Positions 41,341 through 54,309 of a stretch of 64,000 bases of DNA are shown here, piece after piece; position 1 is the stretch's first letter; every line of letters begins with the position of its first letter. The notes below the pieces were generated by a model that did no database searches, was not told the DNA's origin, and saw only the letters and a program-made list of their open reading frames with translations. The translations under genes were made by a program, and so were the position numbers. The stretch spans positions 133,176,001 to 133,240,000 of the forward strand of contig OX597818.1 of assembly GCA_951406725.2 (NCBI GenBank), read 5' to 3'. The DNA comes from Octopus vulgaris. Lineage: Eukaryota.

Positions 41341-42409
41341 ACTGCATTAATTTCTGATAATGCAGATGAAGGTTAACCTTTGAAATACAGTTTTTCATGT
41401 TATGTAAATGGGATTGCCATGTTTATACCAACATTTATCTCCAGCATAGATAAACAACTGCATTTAAGCCACAGTTTCATTCTCAATTAGATGCATTTGA
41501 TAGAAAATATTAAACATCCAGTAAATCATAGTCAACTTAGGGTTACACCCATAGAATTATAATCACAGGATTATAATTTTCTGGACCAGTTCTTTGCATA
41601 TTTACAATATTCATATCTAGACTACATTTTTGTAAGCTCAGTACCTGACTATGTTATATTTTAGATATATTTATAATAACAAACTTGTTTCAAATTAGAA
41701 ACTTTCATGGTAAGAGTTTCTGATTTCAACACAGTCTAAAGACTGAATTATGGTTATTTTTAAAATTATTTTGAAATATTGATTTATTGTCTGTCCACTT
41801 TGGTCATTCATATTGTACTAATAATATTGCATTTATTTATTTAACTATTTATTTATTTGAAAGGAAAAGCAGTAATTTCATCTATAATAATAAATGCCAA
41901 AACAAATTTGTGTGTATCAGTGTGTCACACTTTAACTTCCCCCCCTCTCTCAATATTCTTCAGGGTGAGGTGAGAGTAATAGTAGGCATAGAGATGGTGA
42001 GGGTGGTAATTGATGGTTGTGATGGTAATGGAGTTATAGTAATAGTATGAGCTGTAGTTGTGAGGGAGGTGGAGGTGACAGTGATGATGATGGTGGTGGT
42101 GGTGGTAGTAGCCAAGACAGTCAGGGATGAAGTTGATAGTAAGCGATGTGAAAGACAGTGGTGATGGTGGTGGAGGGGAAGGCAGCGAAGTCAAAGGTAT
42201 TGATGGTTGTGGTGTCAGAAGTCTGAATGGTGTGTGCATGGTAGTTGTAGTGGCGATGGTGGTGGTGGTGATGGTTGTAAACAATCAACAGAAAGAGAGA
42301 GAGAGAAAGAAAGAGGTTAGACAGAAAAGAAAATTGTACTGAACCCCAAATGGGAAGACAAAAAAATGTTGTTTATCATGCAGCTTTGCAGTCAAAAAAT
42401 TATATCATT

Positions 42410-42815
42410 AACGTATAGTGTACTCGCCATCTGAATGTGGCTAGCCACTGGGGGTGGGGTGTTACTGATACTTTTAGCCCCAGGCGATCAACGTCACCAG
42501 CTGACCTTAGACACAAAATTTCAGTGCCCTTGTGTTATTTGCAAAGGGAGGTCATTCTCCCTCGAAAACCTAAGTGATACATACGGACTATAGTTTCAAG
42601 GTAATTGCCTCTCGTCAACGCATGGTAAACACCGGTTTTCGATGAAGGAGACCCTCTGCAAATAATAATATTTAACGTTTTTCACAGCAACCACAGTCAC
42701 TGATTTAGAAAAACTGTCTGAAAGCATTAATAAATCTCTGAACGAGATATAAACAGTAACCGCTCGACAACGTATAGTGTACTAGCCATCTGAATGTGGC
42801 TAGACACTTATTAAT
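42410..42815 (-). mobile_element. Retrozyme-like non-autonomous retroelement (359-nt unit plus 40-nt terminal redundancy)
   Basis: Direct repeats 42410-42449 and 42769-42808 (38/40 identical). TSD aattatatcatt at 42398-42409 and 42816-42827. Internal hammerhead, nested inverted repeats, no ORF. Confidence 0.8.
42580..42624 (-). ncRNA. Type I hammerhead ribozyme (U3 variant)
   Basis: Minus strand: CAUGCG-UUGACGA-GAGG caauua CCUU-GAAAC uaua GUC|CGUAUG. 6-bp stem I, 4-bp stem II, minimal stem III with a palindromic loop. Predicted cut between 42586 and 42585. Confidence 0.8.
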
Positions 42816-43129
42816 AATTATATCATTGTTTTGATGAAAATTGTTCATTGCTTGAAAAATATCGGTCAAGTATAATAAAATTTAATATATGCTCAATGCA
42901 TGAAGTGTCATTGTTGGGCCCAAGGAGCTACCTTAAAAGCTACCCTATTGGATGGCTTTTAAGCTGGTAATTAATAGTAGCTGCAGAAATAACTGAATCC
43001 CCAAAAGGGTCAGCCGCTGATATGACTGCTTGGTAAAGTAATTATCTCTCATCATGTGGTCAATAAAATGTTTAGTGAATTAAAGCCAGTTTTAAATTGG
43101 TCAAAGGATAAAGAATATTTTTTTATCTA

Positions 43130-43431
43130 TGCACCCTTTTCAAGCCTAGCCAGGCTCATGGGCCCAGTTTCCTGCTTTCTGTGGCATATGTGTTCCCCCC
43201 AGCTGGACGAGATGCCAGTCCATTGCAGCATTACTCAAGAAACAGGAAGAAAGTGTGAGAGAAAGTTGGGGTGAAAGAGTACAACAGGGGTCACCACCAC
43301 CCCCAGCCAGATCCTCGTGGAGCTTTAGGTGTTTTCACTCAATAAACACACACAACGCCCGGTCTGGGAATCAAAACCACGGTCCTCCGACCACGAGTCT
43401 GCTGCCCTAACCACTGGGCCATTGCACCTCC
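43130..43431 (-). mobile_element. SINE with a family C head and a V-domain-like 3' part
   Basis: Head matches family C; body reads ctgcaatggactggcatctcgtccag on the minus strand. Confidence 0.65.
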
Positions 43432-45228
43432 AAAGAATATTTACCATGCCTTTTTGTTTTGTTTTTTTTTTTTGCAGGGTTTCAGAGATATTGGAAAGGG
43501 GAAGAAGAAAAACAACCACAACACCTAGCCTAAAGGTTTGCAACAGAGTGGAACCTGCTGGAAATGCTGAAAAGTGTTATTAAACCAGATGACAGATGAA
43601 GTCTCTAACCTAATCATTTAAACTATTGATTAACTCTAAGTGTAAACATAGACAAAGCACATTGTTCACACCACTTCATTTAGTTTACTTAGGTGAAATT
43701 AGGCACTGTTTCCATATTACATGAAAAGCATATTAAAATTTGCCAACCCAACCTTTGTATATCGCCATGGAAAAAAAAGAAGCAATTTAAAATTTAAAAA
43801 GGAATTTAAAAAAACAGTTCTACCAAATTCGTCTCCATTTTATAAAGCCTTTAACAGTTGAATGCTTTCAAAATCTAGAGAGAAATTAGATAAGTTTGAT
43901 AAGTTGATTGTTTAATATAGCTTAAAATACTTTAATCAAAACAATTCTAATGTAGATCCTGTTTTTCTATATCATCTCTGCTTATCTTATTGCTGATCTT
44001 CAACCCAGATAACCTAGAAAATCATAAAACCTCAGCTAACATACTATTTGAAGTAGATCTGAAGCATTTATAATTTTAACTTGGCTGACCTGTTACACAA
44101 CCATGTGTAATGAAGCAAGATTTAAGTTAGTTGCTAACAGTTAATATCTCCCATAAATAATAGGTAAGCTCTCTTGTGATGCATATCATTATATTTTTAA
44201 AATGTAAAGATAAATTAATATTTTATGATTTTCCCCTGGCTTATATCAATAATTTATTCACAAAAATTATAGACTGTTCTTTGAAGTACATTTATAGATC
44301 AATGAAGATTGACTGTAAATTCAATTTTTATCAGCTATGTCTAATTTTACAAACACGATAATGCAAGCAATAATAAAAATAATAAAAACAAAAACAAAAT
44401 TGTTGATTCTTCTCCCTGCTTCTCTTTTGGCCCCACCCCTCTATATATACATGTCACTATCATTTTAAACTTTTAAGACTCTTTTAGTTTTATATCACAT
44501 TTGTAAAATATATGGCCCAGGCAGTTTATATTTTACACTCCAGCACAAAGTGTATGGCTTAATTGATCTAAAAGCACTTGATTCATAACGTCAGTAGACT
44601 TCAAATCTTGAAGATAAATTATAGGAAATATTCATAAATTAAAAAGACAAGTCAAAATGAAAGTTTTCAATTATCTCCAGTGTTTCCGATATATTTTTTA
44701 TAAAGTCTAAGCATTGAAGCATACTTACAATGACTACACCGTTTGTAATTTAGGGGATTTAATATTTCTATATTTTATGAATAGATTTCTATCATCACAG
44801 CCATTGTATATTTGTTCATTCACTTTATGTTCTTCTTTCTTTTTTGTTTTTCATCTTTTCTCCATGATGGCATGGTTCAGACAAATACATATAACCAAGC
44901 TATTGTTTCCCAGTCAAATGCACTTCATGTCGCTAACTTTTACATGTGTTTCAAATAAGGGAATTTTTAATCCATTCTCCTCCAAAAGAGGAGCAGTATC
45001 AGATGATTTGTTCACAGGGAAAGACCAACAAATATCATCATACACAGGTCAGCAATTTTCATACAAATTGCAGAATGTAAGCATTCCCTAGGACAGACAC
45101 ACAAACACACACACACACACACACACACACATGCACACTCACACTCACACATAGTTTACTGTTCTGCTATAGATAGGATCAACAAAAATGTAGTCCATCC
45201 AGTGAGAGATAAATATCATTTATATCTA

Positions 45229-45459
45229 CTTCTTTATTACCCACAAGGGGCTAAACACAGAGGGGACAAACAAAGACAGACATAGGTATTAAGTCGATTA
45301 CATCGACCCCAGTGCGTAACTGGTACTTAATTTATCGACCCCGAAAGGATGGAAGGCAAAGTCGACCTCAGCGGAATTTGAACTCACAACGTAACGGCAG
45401 CCGAAATACCGCTAAGCATTTCGCCCGACGTGCTAATGTTTCTGCCAGCTCGCCGCCTT
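45229..45459 (-). mobile_element. SINE family B
   Basis: Full homology; flanked on both sides by taaatatcattt. Confidence 0.85.
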
Positions 45460-45856
45460 AGTGTAAATATCATTTGTATCATTTAATATACATCTATGCC
45501 AGGAAAACATAATAATTTAGTAGATTTATATACCATACCTTGTGTCTCTAAGCAATCCTAGCTTGAAGAAATTATTGACTTTCCATGGCATAAAACTCAT
45601 ATTTAAATACTGAATATGTTAAATGTTATATATCCCTCTCTCTCTGTTGGAGAGGCACTGAGCAGCTATACACACACATACACACACGGCAGTAACTTCC
45701 ACATACCGAATTCAATCACAAAGCTCCGGTCGGCTCGGGGCTATAGTGGAAGACACCTACCCAAAGTGCCACGCAGTGGGACTGAACCCGAAACCATGTA
45801 GCTGGGAGGCAAGCTCCCTAACCACACAGCCATGCCTATATATATATATATATATA

Positions 45857-46759
45857 TAAGGTCTGATCCAATAAGTATTGGGACTGGTGCTATAAAAACA
45901 AAACTACAACACATACCAATTTCGCATTTAACCTCCTTCAAAGTAGTCCCCTTTGGAAGTCACACACAATCCAGCGCTGTTTTCATAGATGGAGGCATTC
46001 CTGGAGCTCGTTTTCTGGGATGATCAGCAGCTGCCTTGTCACATTGACATTGATTTCCTTGACGTCCTGAAATCTTTTTCCTTTCAAGTGGGATTTGATT
46101 TTCGGAAAGTGGAAAACGTTGCAAGGGGCAAGATCTGAGGAATGCGGTGGCTGTTGGCTCTAGGGAATGCTGCACCTAGCCAAAAGCTGTTCCACAAGCT
46201 GCACTGAATGGGCAAGTGTGTTGTCAGCTGAAAACAGTTTTGGCACAAACTTGGCAAGCATGGATCTCTTACTCAAATCTTCAGTGATAATGGACTGAAC
46301 TGAACTGTAACAAATCTGCACATCCTCTGATAACTCATGGATGGATGGTGATTTGATGATTTCCCCTCACAGCTGCACACACATCTGTGATATTTTTCTT
46401 AGTTCTGCTGGTTGCAGGTCTCCCAGAATGTTTATCACTATCGATATTTTTTAGGCTCATACACTCTTCTCCATACATTTTCTGCAACTTTGCATAGGCC
46501 TCTGAGCAGGCATCACCAAGCTTTTGGCAAAATTTGGTGCAGATTTTCTGCTCAACCTTCTCTGTCATGGTCAATGCAATGATCACACACTACACATGTT
46601 CCTTCCAAGCACTGCTGTAAACAGCAGAAGTAAGCTATAATGTTAAAACTTAGTGCACATGCACTAAGTTCAAGGTCAATCTGTGCCAAGAAGCTTCACT
46701 CTGCATGCTTAAGCTTCGTTACTATGGCAACAGTCTGGATACTTATTGATCAGAATACG
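45857..46759 (-). mobile_element. Decayed, internally deleted mariner transposon
   Basis: TIRs (tctgatc-aataagtat..gactg) within a TA context. N-terminal HTH EQKICTKFCQKLG...SGRPATS (46335-46586) and C-terminal PPHSSDLAPCN..FPKIK..LKGKRF (YSPDLAP motif), with stops. Confidence 0.9.
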
Positions 46760-47313
46760 TATATATATATATAATTGTTTGTTTGTTTTCCACCTGCCTT
46801 CGTCTTTTGTCTATTTTCATAAAGCTTCCCGTTATATATATATATATATATAAATCCAAAAAATGGAATAAGAACATAATGGATGACAATGAAAGCAGAT
46901 GATACAATGGACAGGAAAAACCAGGATGGATCATTTGTGGCCTTCTGTTCATCAGTCAAGTTTCCAATTATCATTCCAGTTTCAGCTTGTTACACTTGAG
47001 ATTGTTCAAACTTGGTAGGCCCAAAAAAATCTAAGCTAAGAGCATCAAGTTTTTGGAAGAAAGTAAGCGAATGTATATGACAACATAGACAAAAATAAAT
47101 GAGAAAATAGAGAAAATGTTACATGATTACAAATACAAACAACACAAGAATAACAACAGGTGTCTTTCGACTAAAAAGAACAAGTTAAGTTGAGCTGGTG
47201 TGTGGAGTAAAAGCCTTGTGGCACAACATGATGAAAGTCAGAAGACAGGAAAATAAGGTGTTGTATGGGTGGCAGATGGATATATATATATATATATATA
47301 AAATAATAATAAA

Positions 47314-47358
<45 letters not shown>

Positions 47359-47537
47359 AAAATTTATAAGTATAAATTATTAATTTAAATAATTTTTTAA
47401 ATTTTAACTTTATTTTAAATATTTTAAATTTTGAATTTTATATTTTATATATTTTTTATTAATTAATTTTATTTCTATGTATTGGTTTATGACTTTCACT
47501 GTTTGATTTGCCTAATAGTGGTTTTATCTCTAATTTA

Positions 47538-47609
<72 letters not shown>

Positions 47610-48409
47610 CACATTCTTTTATGTGTTTCAGCATAAATGGAATTTATACAAATTTTGTCTACCAGATTTACTCAAAAGTCATTGGTCAACTTGGGCCTGT
47701 TGTAAAAGCCACCTGTCCAAGATCCACCTCAAACAGCACCTCAAATCACAGTGCTCTCAATCACTGGCAGTCCCATACCAGTCCCTCTGCATCCTGTCTT
47801 CTCTCCAAATAAGGTAACATCTCCCAGATCACATTCTAAAAGATTTCCACGATAATTCTTCCCCAGGACAGTATGTATGAAGACAACTTCAGTCACCCTC
47901 TTATTCTTCTTTTTCTATTGATATGTGACAATTCAAACTGAACATTAACTGCCTTAATCTAATAAAACATCCTGAATAGTTTTGGGCACTAGTATCTCTG
48001 ATCATACTAACTAATAAATGTGAATGAAATGTAAATCATGTGAAATGCTAATTAAAAGATAGCAAAATAAAGATTATATAATCATATAATTATAATGAGA
48101 AGTGATTAATTACATAATTAGCTTTAGAGTATTTAGCTTTTGGAATTTTCTTAATATAAATTTGTGGCTAAATTCAGTAATATATGAATAAGAAAGAGAC
48201 AGATGTTGATCATATGGTGATTACTTTTATCACCAATTATATCACCATCATAACCACAACCACCAGCACTATCACAACCAGCACCATCTCAACAACAACA
48301 GCCATTGCCATAATAAATTTTCTATTTGCAGGTTACCCTCCTGGTTAATAACATTCGTCTTCCCAAATGAAATAGTTTCCTTAATTAACTAAGGAAGCTT
48401 CATAAATAC

Positions 48410-48516
48410 CTTTTTCTGTGCTTTTCCAAGTTTTTTGGTTACTGCCCTTAGTTCATCATGAATGTTTTCATATATGTCAATCATAATATAATCGTCATCC
48501 ATGTTTGCTACAGCCT
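48410..48516 (-). CDS. KIF17: Next internal exon of the KIF17/OSM-3-like kinesin-2 (107 nt, phase 1 to 0)
   Basis: Acceptor tctatttcag| and donor AAG|gtattt. Joins in frame with the 54310 exon: (E)AVANMDDDYIMIDIYENIHDELRAVTKKLGKAQKK, matching the KIF17 'DDD...VYDSIQEE.RAK.K.L.K' segment. Confidence 0.88.
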
Positions 48517-48672
48517 CTGAAATAGATTTCATTGATGATTACATATATATATATATATATTTAGCATACATATATACAACATACATATATATATAGCATA
48601 CATATATACAACATACATATATACATATATATACACACACATACACACACATATATATATAGAGAGAGAGAG

Positions 48673-48957
48673 AGAAAATAGTAAAAAGTGAAAAAACTGC
48701 AGAAGGCTTGTTTTAAAAGGTTAAAAATATATATTTGAATCATTATGTCTGAAGAATGTTATAAATTTTTTTCATACAATGACATAGCTTTTGAAGAAAT
48801 GACCGGTTTTGCGTTCAGCTTTTCAAATTTCTTACATCAAAAACTATGTCATTGTATGAAAAAAATTTATAACATTCTTCAGACATAATGACTCAAATAT
48901 ATATTTTTTAACCTTTTAAAACGCCTTCTGTCGTTTTTTCACTTTTTACTATTTTCT
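48673..48957. repeat. Long inverted repeat (about 128-bp arms) centred on a degenerate hammerhead; Penelope-like inverted pLTR
   Basis: Arms 48673-48800 and 48827-48957. The centre on the minus strand reads AAGAAAU-uugaaaa-GCugaacGC-aAAAC cg GUC-AUUUCUU. Flanked by (TA)n tracts. Confidence 0.75.
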
Positions 48958-48997
48958 ATATATTCAACCACGTGCTTTCACACACCAACTTTCTCAC

Positions 48998-49031
<34 letters not shown>

Positions 49032-49205
49032 CATACATATGTACAACATATATATATATATATATAAGTATATATATATATATAACTAATATTCATAGCC
49101 ACTTAAACATGGCTGTCCATTCGAAGTGACTACAAATATTGTCAGTACAACTACTGCATTGATCTCTTAAAGAGATTTTAAAACTAGCATTTTTGCTTGT
49201 TATAC

Positions 49206-49239
<34 letters not shown>

Positions 49240-49317
49240 AGCAGATATAACACACATGCATACATACATACATACATATATATATATACACACACATATA
49301 TATATACATATATATAC

Positions 49318-49371
<54 letters not shown>

Positions 49372-50154
49372 TGGTAATTTCAAATATAGATTTGCAGATA
49401 AACAAAACTCAGTAGAGCATGAATAACTTAAGATAAAGGTAATACAAGGAATATTTTATGAGAATAGACCTGGAACTGGTTGAATAAGAGTAAAATAAAG
49501 AAAATAAGGTATAGGGGTATCAATAAATAGAAATAGCTCATGATGGTGAAGCTGACAATACACGAATACATACATATATACATATACACACACAGCACAC
49601 ACACATGCACACACACACACACACATACGCACACACGCATGCACGCACACATCATCATCATCATCATTTTTAAGTCCACATTTCCATGCTAATATGGACT
49701 GAATTGAACAGGTCCTTTCCAATACAGCACCTCAGCATTCGTAGCATTCCTTATATTCTTATCAAATGAGATTATAATTCCAAAAATTAAGGAAGGATTT
49801 TCTAAGTCATTCCAAGTTCAAAACCAAGTTATTAATAATTGTGAAAAGACATTTTGGTACAATCTTCTGTTTATGCTTGGGAACATATTCAGATCCCTGA
49901 ACTACAATACTGATTTGTTAAATCCTAATCAGTTCCCAGTAGTTGTGATGTAACTGTAGATTAAATGATAGATGTCTGTGAAAAGGAAATGATCAGTGTA
50001 TGCCTGTAGTTTATAAATGCACAGTAAGAAATCAACTATAATTAAATATTATATAGCGTATATAGCAACTTTTTATGAAAATTATATTTTACTAGCAATG
50101 CACTCCAGCATTACCCAAGTGTTACGACCTTCAGCCACATTGTATTATATACAT

Positions 50155-50239
<85 letters not shown>

Positions 50240-52471
50240 CTCAATTTTTGAGTCAAGTGGAATGTATGCACCACACACAATGCACTCCAGCATTGCCCAA
50301 GATCATTGGTGATAATAACACCATAACCAACTGCTATTCCAGTATGTGTCTGATATGGAAAAATTGACTTGAAATTGTACCAATCAGCGAACACAGTGTG
50401 CATCCTGACCAATGAAAGGACACATACTGTGGGTGGGGGTGGACTCATGTGTGTATGTGACCTTAATTTGCTCTTGCATAGATGCACGATGTTGTTATTA
50501 TCTTCTCCATCACACCACCCATGTTATAGTACATGCTCAACCACTGTGAAAAATAGGGAGATTATAGCAAAATCCTTACAAACATTGTGGCTCATGGAAT
50601 AAATATTAGGCATGAATATATACTAATAACAATAAGCAACTTTTTAAAAGCAAAAAAATACTCAAAAGGTTTTAGTAATTGCTTCACATCTTTAACACAC
50701 TTGAATTAATAGAGGCTCTTACTATGCTTAACTTCTGGTTTAACTATCTGTCCATCTTCTCCACTCACTATTACTGGAAGGGTTTTGGATAAAGTCTCAG
50801 GTACCTCCTCCATAAGATCCTTCAGAAGCAACCATCATTACACTTTCTGGATAGATACTCAAACATGACCATCCAAGACTATGGATATTATCCAACCATC
50901 TCATTTTTGTTCTGCTCATAGGTCTCCTCCAAGTTGGCTTGGTTTGAAGAATCTATATTGTAATTCTTTCCCTCAACATTTTAATCACGTATCAATAGTA
51001 CTAGAGCTGTGAGCTCTAAAGAACTATATATTTCTTTATTATTAATTTGGCAATTCATGCGCAAACTGTTTTCTGTAACCATTTATGTTGTGAGTTCTAA
51101 TGCCAATTAACTTTACTTGTGTAAGTAGTTTTTTTCTTTAAGGCTCTAACTGTTAATAATTTGATTTTGTAATCCTTTATTTTCTCCAATTGCCTTTCAA
51201 GCCATTTAATTTAATTCATTTATACTTTTTATTAAGATAGCCTTACAACATGGTTCTTACATCACTGCCACTTGTCTTATATCACTGTGGTGCTTACGTA
51301 CTGCCACTTGTCAACATGATATAATTATCTGAACTAGTAAATTATAAACCTTTAAGTATTTTGTATTTTAACAAATTTCATATTCTGTAAGGTTATAAGG
51401 TTTAAGGTTTACAGGTACTCATCAGTAAAATGTAGTGAGTTAAGCAATAACAATCTACTGTTTTAACTAAGATGCTACAGGCATGCTTTCAGGACCAGAT
51501 TTTGTAAGCGGTGACTTCAGTTAGACTGCTTAGTATTACTGCTTCACTTTAGTATTAAAGGAAGCTATTGCAATTCAATATTACGGATTATCATGTAATT
51601 TCATTGACTTCACATCATCATAGCTAGCACTAAATCCATAGTTGATCATTTTATATGAATGAACGTTAATGTTTTATATAAAATAATGCTGAAATTAATT
51701 TTCAAAATAATCATGAAATCAGTTAGAAATAATTAATTATAAACTAATATCAGTCTCTAATGAAATTTTATCAATTCAGACCAATTTTGAATAAAAAGAC
51801 TTGATTGCTACACAATTCTTTGATGTTATTCAAATTAGCTTAATCCACATCTCAAATCGGTTAAGGAATTGACATTTATTCATTTACCATGTCTCAGTAA
51901 TACCTTCATGATTATTGGACCAATTAGTATGTCTTTTAGTCACTTCTCCAGTTTCATAAGAAAATGTAAAGGTCAGCCAATAAATAAAGAGAAATTTTCA
52001 GTGAAATATATTTGAGAATCTCAAAGATTCATTAATAAAATTTCTTTCAAACAGTCCAGGTTCTATAAAAGGCACTTTTTTTTTTTTTGACATTTCTTAT
52101 TTGGTCTGATTGCCTATTGCTTAGATTCATTTATTCTTCATCTATTTATGATTTTCATATTAATGAAACCTAGTCAGAAGTAATGTATCTAATTTAAGAT
52201 TTCTATTTTAATGAGACTTCTTATTCTTCCATAAAATGCACATATAACCTATTTGGCATATTAAAACAGAAACTTTAGAGAAAGTATGTGTATTTCAACA
52301 GAATTCTCCTTGTCCATCACCACAAGTATTAACAAAATAACAAAATGTTTACATGATCACCTAACCTCCTCAGTATACTTTCAATATACTGTACAATGAC
52401 TTCTGGTGTTGCACTTTACTAAACTGAATCTCAAAATAATTATGCTATTAGAATTGTGGATTTTGCCAAAG

Positions 52472-52772
52472 CATCATCATCATCATTGTTCGACCGTTGT
52501 TGAGGCAATGGAATTTACCATGCTACGCCAGACTTCACGGTCCATCATAGCATTACGGAGGTCCTGTTGCTGGATGCCTGTATCCCTGGAGATTACATCA
52601 GGGTAGGAGAGTGTGTGCCCTCTGGTATTGCGAGTAGATGGCTTCCAGAGAAGAAGAGTAGAAATTGCCTCGTTTTCAGCTCTACAACAATGTCCAGCAA
52701 ACTGGACTCTCCAACCTTTCACAAGAGATGATACAGGCGGTAGTTTCCCATATATTTGCATCTTGGTTGGAT
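52472..52772 (-). mobile_element. RTE-like LINE 3' fragment with (TGA)n tail
   Basis: RVQFAGHCCR...LLLWKP...AMMDREVWR (ORF 52483-52761). Confidence 0.82.
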
Positions 52773-52774
52773 GG

Positions 52775-52835
52775 AGCTAGTTGAGTGCTTTGGCAAGTAT
52801 ACTTGACAGATACTTGCCGAAGCACTCAACTAGCT
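52775..52835. repeat. 61-nt hairpin (26-bp arms, 9-nt loop)
   Basis: agctagttgagtgctttggcaagtat / atacttgccgaagcactcaactagct, with one G-U pair. Confidence 0.85.
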
Positions 52836-53166
52836 GTTTGTGTATTGTAGGTTTTAAATGATGCCACTCAAATTTTATGGAAGCCCCACAGTGTAAATTG
52901 TAAAGCTCTCAACAAACTATGTATACAAAACAATTTAAATTTCTCATCATAACTTTTTATGCTAATTCTCACTTCCCAACATAAAGTCACAAAGTGGTTT
53001 ATGAATTAGTGGTACCTCAGTCAGAAAAAGACAAGCAGTTGTTTCTATTTATTACACATGTCCAAGGAGTAGAAATATTATTTAGACTTAACCATTCTCT
53101 AAATACTTGTCTTTCCCTAATGTACAGCCATTACAAGGGAGATAATAATCTTCTTCTACAAAACTG

Positions 53167-53463
53167 GCATTCTGTTGGTTATGATGATGAGCTTTACAGT
53201 TGATCCAGTCAACAGAACAGCCTGCTCATGAAATTAACGTGCAAAGGGCTGAGCACTTAACAAACATGTGTACCATCAACATAGTTCTCAAGAAGATTCA
53301 GTATGACACAAAATGTCAAGTACTAATCATTTTTACCAGCTGAGTGGACTAGAGCGATTAAATAAAGTGTCTTGCTCAAGGACGCAATGTACTGCCAGGA
53401 ATCAAACTCACAAGCTAAAGATTGTGAGCCAAATACCTTTTACCACTAAGCCATGCACCTTCA
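53167..53463 (-). mobile_element. Chimeric SINE: D-type head/CORE with family C tail
   Basis: Homology to the 37363 copy. Confidence 0.7.
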
Positions 53464-54309
53464 CAATTTCTTTCTAATATTTGGTAGAATTAGAAATTTT
53501 ATTCAAGAACTTATAAAGAAAAAGAGGCACACAATTCATATAAATATTTTTTTTGTCAACTTAAAGTTCCTGAAATTTCTAGTCAGTGGTAATCATGTAC
53601 AGCACTATTTCAATCTTTTTAGAAATCCTCAGCATGATACAAACTGGAATCATTTAAACATTTTATGAAACCAAATATTTCTTTACTAAAAATATTTAGA
53701 AGGAAAGATATTTAAACAAAAATAATCTCGGTGCCCACTAAGAAATTAATTCATTTTCCCATTTCAAAATCTTGTTGGATCATCATGAAGGTTTCAACTT
53801 GCATTTCTAAAAACTTTCAATAAAGCTAATGAATGTAAAGCATTTCAAATTCCAGTAAATTCTAATATTTAAAGTCAGCTAGTTTAAAACTAATAAAGTG
53901 CAACAAACAGCCCTACAATAAAACTAATTATTTTCAAAATTTCATTATTATTTATTAGGTTCTAGCTTCAATAAATACAGTTTGGTGTATAAATCATGCT
54001 GCCTCAAATGCAAATATATGAAGAAAATACTTAGCAGTTTTCCACATTGCATATAAAATAATTGATAAATTATTTTTAGACAAAAGCTTGTCTCAATCTT
54101 ATTAAAATTCATAATTTTCTAGTTCATACTATTATAACGTTTTGCAAGAGATTAAAGCTCTAGATTATTACAAGAAAAATCTTACACACTGGAAAACAAA
54201 AACAACTATTTAATAAAGAAAAGAGCACATGTAGAGATACAGTGGTAGTAGAAATGTTTATAATAGAACTTTAAAAATCACAAGGATGCAGGAAAATACT
54301 TCAAATTAC

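Noticed and set aside
42410-42808. CRISPR-like or LTR interpretation of the 40-nt direct repeats
   Set aside because: Only two repeats in eukaryotic DNA, no TG...CA ends or primer-binding site, and the 12-bp TSD is too long for an LTR integrase.
44714-45091. 125-aa plus-strand ORF
   Set aside because: Non-ATG start, composition typical of AT-rich non-coding DNA, and no domain.
50097-50301. 23-bp direct repeat aatgcactccagcatt.cccaag
   Set aside because: Only two copies around a microsatellite and no further structure recognised.
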